A stretch of DNA of 64,000 nucleotides from Octopus vulgaris (GCA_951406725.2 OX597821.1:91822001-91886000); one strand, 5' to 3'; counted from the first letter of the stretch, positions 26,309 through 40,197 are shown. The notes: generated from the sequence alone by a model not told the origin. Translations and numbers: made by a program.

Positions 26309-27099
26309 CCCTAATAAACAAAAAAATTTTATTCCTGTAAATGCATTTATTGCATTTTTTTGTTATCCCTTTAGCTGCTACATTTAAATTATGATATTCT
26401 TGCTTCAGGTGATGCAAGCAAAACGTGCTAACTCCAGAAAATAGCAATAAGGATCACACATAAAAAAAATATAATATAACAGTTCTTCTGAACTACTGAA
26501 GAAGTAGATGGTGAAAAGCGGAAAAGAAGAAGAAAAAGAAGAGGAGGAGGAGGAGGAGGAGGAGGAAAAATAAGAAAAAGAAGAAGAAGAAGAAGAAGAA
26601 GACTGTCGTTTTAACTATAAGGGATTCGTTCAATATCAATGCCTCCTTATGTATATGCGTCTTCATAGATAAATAAGTTACCGACATTTTTTCATAAAAT
26701 GTTCCTTGAGGCTACCTTAATTGCAGACTGTCCTACCATGGCAGAATAGAAATATATTAAGTGCTCCACATGTTTGCTTAACAAAAGGAAAAAAAAAAAA
26801 ACCCTTCTCAAAGATACTTTCCTCAAAACATGGAATGAGGTATTTAAGTACTGTATTTTAACTTGCAGATCGCTTTAAAAAGATATTAACAGATAATCTA
26901 TTAACCAACAATGCAAGCTATGTTAGATGTTATATTAATAAATATATTAATAAATGTAAAGAGTATCAATCGATCCATTAAATCAACCATTTTTCTTTCT
27001 CTCTCTCTCTCTTTTTCTTTCTCTGCCTGATAAATGTTTTCATTTTATCTCGCTGTAACGTCTGGTTTTGAGTGCCCAATCACCAATTTTCGTAATAGT

Positions 27100-27540
27100 C
27101 CCACTGCGTAACTGGTACTTAATTTATCGACCCCAAAAGGATGAAAGGCAAGGTCGACCTCGGCAGAATTTGAACTCACAACAAAATACCTATTTCTTTA
27201 TTACCCACAAGGGGCTAAACACAGAGCGGACAAACAAGGACAGACATAGGTATTAAGTCGATTACATCAACCCCAGTGCGTAACTGGTACTTAATTTATC
27301 GACCCCGAAAGGATGAAAGGCAAAGTCGACCTCGGCGGAATTTGAACTCACAACGTAACAGCAGACGAAATACCTATTTCTTTATTACCCACAAGGAGCT
27401 AAACACAGAGCGGACAAATAAGGACAGACATAGGTATTAAGTCGATTACATCGACCCCAGTGCGTAACTGGTACTTAATTTATCGACCCCAAAAGGATGA
27501 AAGGCAAAGTCGACCTCGGCAGAAATTGAACTCACAACGT
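27100..27540 (-). mobile_element. SINE family B tandem multimer (~2.5 units)
   Basis: The core is repeated three times at ~175-180 bp spacing. Confidence 0.88.
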
Positions 27541-27589
27541 ATGCACACGCGTGTTTGTGTGTGCACATCAATGTGCATGTATGTTTATA

Positions 27590-27882
27590 GAGTTCTATAT
27601 TTAAGAGATGAGGAATTATGCACATTATCTACATTATTTACAATTGACAGATATTTGTCCTCATCTTGTTTGTTGATAACACAACGTTTCAGCTGATATA
27701 CCTTCCAGCCTTCATCAGATGTCTTGGGGAAATTTTGAGCCTGGGTTCTCATTCTTAAGATATTTTTTGATGTTGTTATTATTATTATGACTACTAGTAT
27801 TATTATTCAGGTTACTGCCTGGAATCGAACTCAGAATCTTGGGGTTAGTAGCCCATGCTCTTAACCACTATGCCATATGCCC
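27590..27882 (-). mobile_element. tRNA-headed SINE-like element carrying a minimal hammerhead motif
   Basis: Head GGGCATATGGCATAGTGGTTAAGAGC...GAGTTCGATTCC (A and B boxes, 27808-27882). It is followed by an (AAT) linker, then GACAT-CTGATGA-AGGCTG..CAGCT-GAAA-CG-TT-GTGTT (27678-27724), then a 3' hairpin AGATGAGGA/TCCTCATCT. Confidence 0.7.
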
Positions 27883-29124
27883 ATGTATGTTTATATTACA
27901 CACTGTCACTGACTGAGCAAAAAAGTGTTGAAGTTGACATTCCTTGTTGACATTATAACTGGCAGCACTGTACTTTCAAAGACTTATGGAAGAAAGAAAT
28001 CTCTTGCCTAAGAAAAAAAGGTACTGGGTGTTACAAGAAGTGCGCCCTTCTATAAAATCCCACCTCAAACAACTCTTTGTCTAAATGTAAAATAGCATGA
28101 CAAATAAACATTAAATAAATAAGCAAATACCTAAGATTGAACTTAATATCATGAGCTTATTTTCTATTGTCACTGCAGTTTGTTGTTCTCCAGAAGTACC
28201 TCCTTGATAGCCCCTACTTTCTAGGAATAAGATAGCTAATAAATAACAAGGGTCAGCTCTTACAGACATTGGTATGTGTATTTACCCTCACAGTCCATAC
28301 CTTTCCAGTCCCTAAATATAGGTGTTTATCTTATTCACAGTTTTAAATTTGATGTATATTCTGTTGACACCTCTAAACCATGTCAGTCTACTCAGAGACC
28401 CATAAACTGTATTTATTTAGTCAGACAACTATGAACTGCTTTTTTTTCTTCTTCTGGTGGACACCCACAAAGCATACAGACATCATTCAAAGTCTACCTG
28501 GCGAATATTTACAGGAATTTTTTGACCAGTGAATAGCCTAATAGGTGAATATTTACTGAAATTTTTCTGACTAGTAAATAGCTTCAGACTGTATGTGTCT
28601 ATATAGTGTATATCCAGCAGACTATATCAGTGCAGCCAGCATCAATAAACTGTCTATTCAACCATTAATTATTGTCAGTTTCTATTTAGTCAACACTTAT
28701 AGACCATGTTTGTCCAGTTAACATCTACAGATTGCTTCTGTTCAGTCAGTCAACAGTTACATACTGTGCTTATCTATTCAATGTCTACTGATTTTCCATA
28801 TAGTCCATACATAAGTGGTTGCAGTTAATAAATACAGGTTTTAATTATCTAGATGACACAACAAATCGCTTGTAATTGCAATTCTTAACGTATCTGATTT
28901 GAATTCAATATTTACCAAAGGTTCTTTTCATACACCTAAGTTTTAATTTCATTTAAAATCAAATTCTTGGACTGTCAGCTACATCAACTTACAATTAATA
29001 GCTCATATAACCAAGTAGTTTTGGCTACATAGTAGTAGTAGTAGTAGTAGCAGCAGCAGCAGTAGTATTAGTGGTATCTACATGAATATAGTGAGTAAAA
29101 TTAAATTACAAACATATGATAATA

Positions 29125-29488
29125 ACGGTTTCAAATTTTGGCACAAGCCAGCAATTTCATTGGAGGGGATAAGATGATTACATCGACCCCCAGCACTCAA
29201 TTGGCACTTATTTTATTGACCCTGAAAGAATGAAAGACAAAGTAGACCCCAGCAGAATTTGAACTCAAAATATTCTTTTCTACTCTAGGAACAAGGCCAG
29301 AAATTTTGTGGGAGGGAGCCAGTCAATTAGATCAACCCCAGTATGCAATTGGTACTTAATTTATCGACCCCGAAAGGATGAAAGGCAAAGTCGACCTCGG
29401 TGAAATTTGAACTCAGAATTTTAAGACAGACAAAATGCCACTAAGCATTTTACCCAGTATGCTAATGATTCTGCCAGCTTGCCACCTT
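29125..29488 (-). mobile_element. SINE family B dimer
   Basis: Two cores plus one head. Confidence 0.8.
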
Positions 29489-29514
29489 ATGAACATATAA
29501 TAATAATATTGATA

Positions 29515-29905
29515 TCTTTATATATAAAAGTGAAGTTGTGTGTCTGTCTCCTACGATTTAGATTCCTAACTACTCCCACATTTTGCAGTGCAGTTTAACC
29601 ACATCTTATAGTCGTGATTCATATCGAGCCCTTCTGGGTATTAGCGCACGTCTACAATGAGTCTATGATTTAAAAAAAAATTTACCATCATTTTTTTCCA
29701 TTTTAATGCATTCTTTTCGCTATTAAATAAGGGAAATAACTCTCTAAAAATGTCTACGATGAGTCAACGATTTAAAAAAAAATTTACCATAATTTTTTTT
29801 CCATTTTTAATGCATTTTTTTGCTATTTTTTGGCTGTAACTCTCTAAAAATGCTTATATAGTTATTCCCCTTACAAACCCGAGCAACGCCGGTCTATACT
29901 GTTAG
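29515..29905 (+). mobile_element. Non-autonomous Helitron copy 1
   Basis: A|TCTTTATATATAAAAG start, subterminal hairpin CCCGAGCAACGCCGG, end TTAG|T (mutated CTAG), no TSD, and an internal ~110 bp duplication. Confidence 0.8.
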
Positions 29906-30276
29906 TTGTATATAAACTGAAAGCCACAAATTTGGGGGAAAGGAATATTTGAATATATGTTGACCCCCAGTACTTAACTGACACTTATTTTATCCACTCC
30001 AGAAGAGTTGGAAAAGCAAAATTAACTTTTGCAGAAGTTGTATACCATTAATTGAAAAGTAAACTTGAGTATTTGAATTAATCTCACTGCCTACCCAATT
30101 TCTTTATGTAGCAATTAATGTGTATGTATGTTAGCTCAGTTTTTATCAGACTCCATTGGCAATCCCTAAGTCATATGAAGTGAAACTATGAAGTAACTCA
30201 AGAAGAGGAACGGAAAATTATAACAATGATAATTTTGTTTAACAGACAGTATAGTTTCAATATTTGCAATCTTGAA

Positions 30277-30890
30277 GGTGGTGAGCTGACAGAAATATTA
30301 GCACACTGGGGGAAATGCTTAGCGGTATTCTGTCTGTTTTTATGTTCTGAGTTCAAATTCCGCCGAGGTCGACTTTGCCTTTCATCCTTTCTGGTTCGAT
30401 AAATTAAGTACCAGTTATGCAGTGGGGTTGATGTAATCAATTTATTACCTATGTCTGTCCTTGTTTGTGCCTTCTATGTTTAGCCCCTTGTGGGTAATAA
30501 AGAAATAGGTATTTCGTCTGTTTTTATGTTCTGAGTTCAAATTCCACCGAGGTCGACTTTGCCTTTCATCCTTTCTGGTTCGATAAATTAAGTACCAGTT
30601 ATGCACTGGGGTTGATGTAATCAATTTAATCCCTTTGCCTGTACTTGTTTGTCCCCTCTGTGTGTAGCCCCTCGTGGGCAGTAAAGAAATAAGAAATGTT
30701 AGCATGTTGGGTGAAATGCTTAGTGGTATTTCGTCTGTTTTTATGCTCTGAGTTCCAATTCCACCGAGGTCAACTTTGCCTTTCATTCTTTCTGGCTTGA
30801 TATATTAAGTACCAGTTGCATACTGGGATCGATCTAATTGACTGCCCCCCTCCCACCAAATTTCGGGCCTTGTGCCTAGTGTAGAAAAGA
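30277..30890 (+). mobile_element. SINE family B tandem trimer
   Basis: One head followed by three cores. Confidence 0.88.
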
Positions 30891-31230
30891 ATACTTACAA
30901 TCTTGTATTCGTATTCAAATCTGAATAGGCAGTGAGTTGGCAGAATCATTAACATTCCAAGCAAAATGCTTAGCAAATTCTACCAAAGTCAGCTTTGTCT
31001 TTCTTCCTTTTGAAGTTGAGCACTGAGGTCAACGTATTCGATTAGACTCTTCCCACAAAATTTCAGGATTTGTACCTTTAGCAGAAAGGGTTTTAAGATC
31101 TAAATATTAATTAATAAGCTCAAAACAAGAGAATCCAAAGAATATTATTCAGGAAGTAGTTGAGCAATGATGAATTCATATTCTGCAGAAAAAAGAGAAA
31201 TCTAACAGTTATAGACTGACCTTCCATTTA

Positions 31231-31287
<57 letters not shown>

Positions 31288-32007
31288 AAGAGGAAGAAAG
31301 AGAGTTGAAATTATATTTGTTGTCACTCAGAAGGTAAAAGAAGTATCAATTACAGGAAAGGAAAGAAAAAAACAATAAGTTGTCAATTCAATTAACTTAA
31401 TATTTTCTTGACAAACTGGGTCTTATGCCTAAGGGAAAATAATTAATATCCATTCATTTTAACCAGCTGCAATAAATAAAGTGAAATGCTTTAATTTTGC
31501 TTAATTAGTTGCATCAATAGATAGTTTATTTGTCAATTATTTGGCTTTTCTTAATTGGATGCCTTAATCAGGAAAGTGCTCTCAAAATTACGTTTGTTAT
31601 ATGATTTGAGCTCAGTACAGTAAGTCACTGAAAAATTATCAGTTATACACATCTGACATTGATGCTGTCAATAGCTATAAGCTGCATCCTTTTTCAGTCT
31701 TCATTTCCATCAAGATAGATTCATCTAGCAAAAGAGACTTGATCATCAACATAAAACACAACATAGGTGATAGGACATTAACAGTTTACACCTTAAGCTG
31801 ACACTATGCCAACTCTGCCAGCTGTGATTAAGACAAGATAATATAATAAGGCTAAAATATGTTAATAGAAGTATTTACAAAGGTTATGAACAGAGAAGTA
31901 GTTTGAATAATCCAATACAAAAACATTAGGAACAATATCCAACTATCACATCCGATCTGAGTATATGCAAATGAGTGTCCCCATGTGTGTGATATATATG
32001 TGTCTTT

Positions 32008-32048
<41 letters not shown>

Positions 32049-32147
32049 CACATATATATATACATACATACATATATCATCATCATCATATATATGTATA
32101 TATATATACATACATATATATATACACATATATATGTATATATTATT

Positions 32148-32183
<36 letters not shown>

Positions 32184-32285
32184 GTATATATATACACACA
32201 TATATATATGTATATATTATTTATTTATACATATATATACATATGTATATATATACACACATATATAAATGTATATATATTTATG

Positions 32286-32365
<80 letters not shown>

Positions 32366-32375
32366 CACACTCATA

Positions 32376-33210
32376 TAGGGTGCAGTGAGTAAATAGTCAC
32401 TATTTTATGTTTCTGATTTTGTACATGAGCATTTTTGGGTTTTGATTTTATCGATTACACAGTATGGTAGGGTCAATTGGGCACTGTCTGAGTAAAACAG
32501 TACCATGACACAATTCACTCTGCTAGAAATTTACAGACAACAAACTGTATTGCTTGGCATTTGCACCAGAAGCTCCAATATGAACATTTCAGAGTGTTTG
32601 GGAATGAATCTGAGGATAGTGCAATCCAAGGACATGTACGAAGAGGGATAAAAATCAGACATCTAGTTAACAATATAGTGTTTGGAGTGATCACTAGTGA
32701 TGGTGATGTTATGCCTCCATTCATCTTCCCACACAGCCTCAGACTCAACATGAAGGACTACATCATGTGCCTAGAAGAGGTAGTGCTGCTGGAAGACCCT
32801 ATTTCTGGCAACGGGATTCTGCCTCATGCCACACAAGCAGGAGAACCCAGACATGGCTGTCAGACAATTTCTGTAACTGCATCACCCCTAACATCTGGCC
32901 ACCTAACCCCACCAGACTGCAACCTCCTTGAGACCAACAAAACTGATTGTAACACCAAAGATGAACTGAAGGCAAGGATTACGGCAACATTCACCAACTT
33001 AAACAAGGAGACCATTGAGAAGAGTTGCAGGAGATTCTGAAGTCATCTGGAGGCCGTGGTTGAAACGAATGGCGATTTTATTGAATAAATTTACTCTTTA
33101 GTATTTCAAGATACTTTTATGTAATTTTAGTAAATATATCTGTTAAATGAGATGTTAGTGTTATTTTCCTTTTTGCATAATTTAGACAATAGTTTATTCA
33201 CTGCATCCTA
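32376..33210 (+). mobile_element. Internally deleted maT-like (DD37D) element with both TIRs
   Basis: TA|TAGGGTGCAGTGAGTAAATAGTC ... GACAATAGTTTATTCACTGCATCCTA|TA. Homologous to 548-1147 (VFGVITSDGDVMPPFIFPH, NTKDELKARI). Confidence 0.88.
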
Positions 33211-33559
33211 TATATATATATATATATATATTTACAAACATATCTGATCAGATATCTGCTGACTAGAGATTAGCTACTGATAATCATGAAGCAAGTTCAA
33301 TCAGTGCATGGTTGGGCTGCCAGCAATGAAATTGACAACCTCACGAAGATTACTTGATAATGAGGTTGATTTCCAGATACTAGATGAAGTTGGAGGAATC
33401 AAAGGATATCTCCATGCCAACTAGATTATCAAATTGAATCTCACACCATTAGGATGGCATATGATGGACTTTAACCTCTCATAACTCCTTGAATAGAAGT
33501 CAAAGAGCTGAAAATGCATCACACTGAGGATGTATCTTGATCAGACTTAGCCATATCTG

Positions 33560-33900
33560 TAAAATCAGTATGTTTTGGCTTCCCATACTTGCTATGCTTA
33601 CCCCAGTTCACCAAGAAAATGCTACTAGTGTGCGTAAAAATTATTAACCCTTAACTCTTTTACAAGCAGTCCTATGAATAATGTTGGGAAATTAAAATTA
33701 TACCAAACTGACAGCTACTTGGAGAATCATGCAGCAGAACAACATGGATATAGATACAGAAAAGACCTGAATGCCAAATGTTTAAGATATTTCAACTAAA
33801 AGCTAAGACTAAGACCAAAGATATGTCCTTATTTGAAGTGTTGTTTGCTGGTGATTGCACCTTTATTCCATAGTGCAAGAGAATGCAAACTTTGATGAAT
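33560..33900 (+). pseudogene. Degraded RTE-clade RT fragment
   Basis: LKAKTKTKDMSLFEVLFAGDC (decayed LFADD motif) ..MQTLMN. Confidence 0.55.
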
Positions 33901-33915
33901 ATATACATACATACA

Positions 33916-34002
<87 letters not shown>

Positions 34003-34003
<1 letters not shown>

Positions 34004-34306
34004 TGGAGGCGCAATGGCCTAGTGGTTAGGGCAGCGGATTCGCGGTTGTAGGATCACGGTTTCGATTCTCAGACCAGGCATTGTGAGTGATTACTGAGCG
34101 AAAACACCGAAAGCTCCACGATGCTCCGGCAAGGGGGGTGATTCCTGCTGTACTCTTTCAACACTCTTTCTCTCACTCTTCTGTTGGCCTGCTCGCTTAG
34201 CCAGTGGGGTGGCATCATTCGAAGGCTAAAACAATGCGAACGCATTGTGACAAGCGATGTGTAAAACATCTGATGGTCTGGTCGGTCACGTGATCACGTG
34301 ATCACG
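34003..34306 (+). mobile_element. tRNA-derived SINE, same head/body as 14809-15197, different tail
   Basis: GTGGAGGCGCAATGGCCTAGTGG..GTTTCGATTC. Ends in (TCACGTGA) repeats. Confidence 0.85.
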
Positions 34307-34358
34307 ATATATATATAAAATATATAAATATATGCATATATACATATATGTACATACC

Positions 34359-34393
<35 letters not shown>

Positions 34394-36379
34394 GCATACA
34401 TGTGTACAGGACATCAAAAAAACATTGAACACAATGAAAAACGAAAACATAAAAACAAAAACATAGAAACGAACATTTTTTTGAACAACAGAAAAAAAAA
34501 GAGAAACGAGACATACAACATAAAGAATATTTCCCCTCTTCAATTGTCCCTGTTTCATCTACTCCATGTTTCGAAGGCAAGGACAAGATGCGACTTCGTC
34601 GAAACTGTCCCTCCCGCAAAATATACATATACATATATATATATAAATGTCATCATTATCATCATCATATTCAATATTTGCTTTTCCATGCTTGCATGAA
34701 TAAGATGAAACTATGCTGAGGTACAATTTTTTATATGGTTTGCTACCTTTCCTGATATCAACACTTACTTGTTTCTAAGAATAGGAATAATTTCCCAGTC
34801 TACCAAACTGCATATATATAAAAACACGTCAAGAAACCTGGACAAGCATGTATAGTGGTCTGCAAACAAAGAACAACATTTCAAGGAAACTATGATGGGG
34901 TTTTATATTTTCATTTTTAGAAATTTTTTTATTGTTTATTTTATTGTTTATGCAGCATGGAATTTTTTATTGTTTATTAAAAAAATGTTGGTCTTCTGGT
35001 TCCCCTCATTGCTCTCTCAAACATAACGTAAACTCATCATCTTTATATGTTGCTAAAAGCTAAATAAAACAGACAGATGCAAACATTAACCTTCGCAGTG
35101 AGGGAATACATTCACAGCTGTATGCACTAGATTATCAAGCGATTTTTAAAGTCAATAAAAATCCCCTAACTTCTTTGTAAGCACATATGTGCACAAACAG
35201 AGAGTCATTCAAGACTACATTGAACAATGATAGGAAGTTACACAAACGACAGTTTGTTCCATACAAGCACAAATACTTATTTAAACAGGCAAACACATTC
35301 ATACAGGAATAAAAAACAATGTGCACACATGCCCGTGTACACATACTTAGATTCGTACATAGACACAGAAATATGTATATATGCATATATATGTATATAT
35401 ATGTACGTATCTAAACATTTCAACTGAGACATTTAATTTTCAAGCAAAATCACTTAACAAAGACAGAGTCATGTCCATTAACACAAATGCACCTACAGAC
35501 ATAGTGTCATAAATCTATACATATCAACATACAAAAACAATTTAAAAATCATTGGAAAATAAAAGCCCCAAACAGAAATATATCAATGATTCAGTGTGTA
35601 ATAACAGCCTCATTAACTATTTACAATGTATCATTGTAGTAAAGTTAAATAGTTACTGATTATCGACAAATTTTAGAGCTCAGAGAGTTGTATTTAACTG
35701 AATCTGTACAATGTTGCTTTAACAGATGAAACATCAACACTTTGTATCCTATTGCTAGTAATATATTATGTCAAAGATCAAGGCATTCAGCTGTTGTTAG
35801 TAAATTCCACCTAACAATAAATAGGTTCCATGATGGTTAATTTAATTGTTATAGCCAAAAAAGGTGGTAGAATGGCAGAGTCATTAGAGCATTGGAAAAA
35901 CACTACCTTGAAGTATTTCTGGTTCTTTATATTCTGAGTTCAATCCCTCCAAGTTCAACTTTGCCTTTCATCCTTTTAAAGTTGATAAAAAAAAAAATTA
36001 CCTGTCGAAGTGCCTAAATTAAGAAACCATTATTATTGCTAAAAAGGTAAGAGAATGGTAGAATTGTTAGTGCATCAGTGAAAAAATCTCAAATTTTTTG
36101 GTTTTTCTTTTTTCTGGCTATATACATTTTGAGTTCAAATCCCACCATGGTCAATTTTGTCATCTTTCCTATCAGAGTTGATAAAATAAGTATAAGTCTA
36201 TTACTGGGTATAGATATAACTGACTGCTTACTCTCTCAGAAATGTCTGTACTTGTGCCTATGGTAAAAACAATTATTATTATAGTTAGAAGATAATACTG
36301 TAGAATTGATAAGACAACAAACTCAAATCTTACTATAAGAAAGTTATTTAAAAGTCACTGGATATCTCATGATCATATC

Positions 36380-36788
36380 CTTTTCTATTCTAGGCACAAG
36401 GCCCAAAATTTGGCGGGAGGGGCCCAGTCAATTAGTACTAAAATTTTCTACCACAAAAGGATGAAAGGAAAAATCAACCTCCATGGAATTTGAACTCAAA
36501 ACGTAAAGACAGACGAAATACCACTAAGCATTTCACCTGGTGTGCTAACGTTTCTTATTTCATTACTGCCCACAAGGGGCTACTCACAGAGGGGACAAAC
36601 AAGGACAGACAAACGGATTAAGTCGATTATATCGACCCCAGTGGGTAACTTGTATTTATTTAATCAACCCCAAAAGGATGAAAGGCAAGGTTGACCTTGG
36701 TGGAATTTGAACTCAGAACGTAGCGGCAGACGAAACACAGCTAAGCATTTAGCCTGGCGTGCTAACCTTTCTGCCAGCTTGCCACCTT
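36380..36788 (-). mobile_element. SINE family B dimer
   Basis: Two cores on the minus strand. Confidence 0.8.
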
Positions 36789-37534
36789 CTGTCTTGTATC
36801 TTACATCTTTGTCTCCAATACATGAGCACAATGTGTGAAGTATGCCTGCTTCAATTAAAATGACCAGCATATTACTGGTACTTGATTTTATTAACATTGA
36901 TAGCATGAAGGAAAAATATTAATCATCAAAAGATTTGAAATCAGAAAGAAGAGAAACAAAAATTCAATTATTCGGTATTTAATTTAATACTACACTGATT
37001 CAACCAACTTCTCACCCTCAATGACACTATGTATATTGGCTGATTGACTGTAAGTTAAATCAACAAATTGTTCTTGTCACTGCTGTCGTCAATTTGCTGG
37101 TGATCACTGACAAAACTAATTTGACAAATTATTAAAAAAAAATATTTCAAACAAAGGTGTTTCTGTATAATGAATGACAGGCCTATTGGTTTTTGCCATA
37201 AAAGTGAAAGAAGGTGTAGGTGTACAGTGCTGTGTATATCTTAGTTTCATGTGGTGCGAATGTGTGGAGTAGGGTGCAAGATAAGGTGTGGGAAACAGGT
37301 GGCAATGTAAATTGTAATCAAAGAGAAATTAATTAACATTCATCATTTTTGTCCCTTGCCTACCTCTGAATCATATAGTCATAATTGATATATTTCATGA
37401 TCAACACCAGCACCACCACCATCATCACCACCATCATTACCACCATCATCACTACCACCCCTACCTCCACTTTCACCCACCCCCATCATCATCATCATCG
37501 TCACATAATAATCATCATTTATCTTTTTTCCTTT

Positions 37535-37729
37535 TATCTTTTACTGGTTTCAGTCATTTTTTACAGTGGCCATGCCTTGTACAAATCAACACCACGGCTC
37601 ATTTCTTAAAGCCAGTACTTGTTTTATTGGTCTCTTTTGCTGAACTGCAAAGTGACAGGGAATAAACACACATTGACACTAGTTATCGAGCTGTATTGGT
37701 AGACTAAAAATACAAACATAGATATATAC

Positions 37730-37770
<41 letters not shown>

Positions 37771-37902
37771 GATTCTTTCAGCTTCCTGTACTTGTTTTAT
37801 TGGTCTCTTTTGCTGAACTGCAAAGTGACAGGGAATAAACACACATTGACACTAGTTACCGAGCTGTATTGGTAGACTAAAAATACAAACATAGATATAT
37901 AC

Positions 37903-37950
<48 letters not shown>

Positions 37951-38110
37951 TGGGATTCTTTCAGTTTCCTTCTACCAAATCCACTCACAAGACTTTAGTT
38001 GACCTGGGACAATAGCAGAAGACACTTGTCCAAGGTACCATGCAGTGGGACTGAACCTGGGACCATGTAGTTGAGAAGCAAGCTTCTTGCAACACAGCCA
38101 TACCTGTACC
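37535..38110 (-). mobile_element. SINE family A copy with internal ~173-bp tandem duplication
   Basis: GTACTTGTTTTATTGGTCTC... begins at both 37615 and 37788. Confidence 0.85.
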
Positions 38111-38894
38111 TATCATCAGTATTATTTTAACTCATATAATTTTCCTAGACTAGAATGGGATGGAAAGCTCTACACTATATCTTCCCACTTCACCTAAGCA
38201 ACATCAAGTAATTGATATTCTCTAACTGTATGTTAATTGGTTATCGTAAGAAAGGAGTCCACAATATTTCACATTATAACAGGAAAAAAAAAAAAGAGCA
38301 AATTGTTCGACTGTATTTTTGACCACATTTGTAGACATCTTGAGAGTTTTTCATTTTAAGTTGATGCAAGCGCTTATTAATTCTATTAGCTGTTAGTTAT
38401 TTTGATTTTAATAATTTATGGAATTTTTTTCTTTCCTGTTTTCATATTAACAAATTTAAATAACTGTTCGTTTTGTTGTTGTCTGCTTCAACACACCTGT
38501 TATTTGTATACGATTAGACTGCATTCTGTTAAAATAATATGTTTATTAAAACTAAATTTCATTGCATCTTACCTTTACAACTCTAAAGGTGGTTACTAGA
38601 GTAAACAGAAGCTCACACCTTAGCAGTTCTTCTCTCAGTATAGAAAACAAAGAGAAATCCCTGTGATAATAAAACACACTCTCTAGCAGAATAAACAACT
38701 CAGCATTGACTTAAAAAACGTTTTTTTTTCCTTTCTTTTTGTCATTTGATCAACCCAGTATTCACAAATATACAGCGATTGCTCACAAGCCAATGAGAGA
38801 GACTGAAACACGTCCTCTGATCTGTTAAATATAGCAGCCAAAAACATAACTATATCACACAATATTTTTTTCTAGACAGAAAGTAGCATTGGAT

Positions 38895-39280
38895 TTTTAC
38901 TCTTTTACTTGACTGTGGCCATGCTGAAGCACCACCATTAGTTGAGCAACTCGACCCCAGGACTTATTCTTTGTAAGCCTAGTACTTATTCTATCGGAGT
39001 CTTTTGCCAAACCGCTAAGTTATGGGGACATAAACACACCACCATCGGTTGTCAAGCAATGTTGAGGGACAAACACAGACACACAAACATATATACACAC
39101 ATACATATATATACATATATACGACAGGCTTCTTTCAGTTTCTGTCTATCAAATCCACTCACAAGGCTTTGGTTGGCCCTACGCTATGGTAGAAGACACT
39201 TGTCCAAAGTGGCATGCAGTGGGAATGAACCCGGAACCATGTGGTTGGTAAGCAAGCTACTTAGCACACAGCCACTCCTG
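38895..39280 (-). mobile_element. SINE family A copy
   Basis: Reverse-complement match. Confidence 0.88.
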
Positions 39281-40197
39281 TAAGGTACTTCTAGATATAT
39301 TTGTCAGAAAAAGCAAAAGCAAAACAAACAGAATGTCTTTGATCATAGATCTACTTCATCAAAGCTGACCTGGGGCTAAGCAACAACAAACAATAATACT
39401 GACTATACAGCGAAAAATGGTTGTCTGGTTGCTGGTGCTGTAGCTGTTATTTCTAGCATATTGGACATCCATTGAAGGAAAGGAATTTGTAATAATTCAA
39501 TGTTGCCTTATGTTTCAGAAATAGAAATTAAGGAAGAATAATTCAGCATTATAGCTGAAGCATACTGACAATATTCAACAAACATATAAAGTTTTTAATT
39601 CTATTGTTGTATTTCAGGATGGTCATTTTTTTTTTTTTGCCTAACAAACACACGCACTATATATATATTTTTTCTACACACATTTATTACTGATCTTATT
39701 TTATTATCTTAACTCAAGTCCATTCTCCGAAAATGCTTCGTCACACATCTGTGACCTCTTCAATGACACTTTTTGCTTTCGTGTGTGTTGTTGTTGCACT
39801 TGCTCCATTCTGTTCTTGATAACCATTTTTAATTCTGTTTTCTCTGAATTCTAACATTTTTATTTGACAAAATTTATATTTGAGTTATTTACTATGAATA
39901 ATCTATCATTTTCCAGCTCAGTGTTTTGTCATCATCATTTAACATCCATTTTCCATGCTGGCATGACTTGACTGATTTGAAAGAAGCCAGCAAACCGCAG
40001 GACTGTACCAAGCTCCAGCAGCAACTTTGTCATATTTTCTATGGTTGGATACTCTTACTAATGCCAACCACCTTAGAGTGTGTAATGGGTGCTTTTTTTT
40101 TGTGTCTCTGGCACCAGTAAGGTAACTGAGCAAGATGCAAGGCTGAAAAGATCAGACAAGAAAAAAGCCTCAACCATGCTAAGTGCGTTGTTATCAG

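Noticed and set aside
34500-34620. Possible permuted hammerhead on the minus strand (CGAAACATG ... TTGAAGA)
   Set aside because: The core is mutated and stems I and III could not be formed. It is probably a repeat but cannot be supported as a ribozyme.
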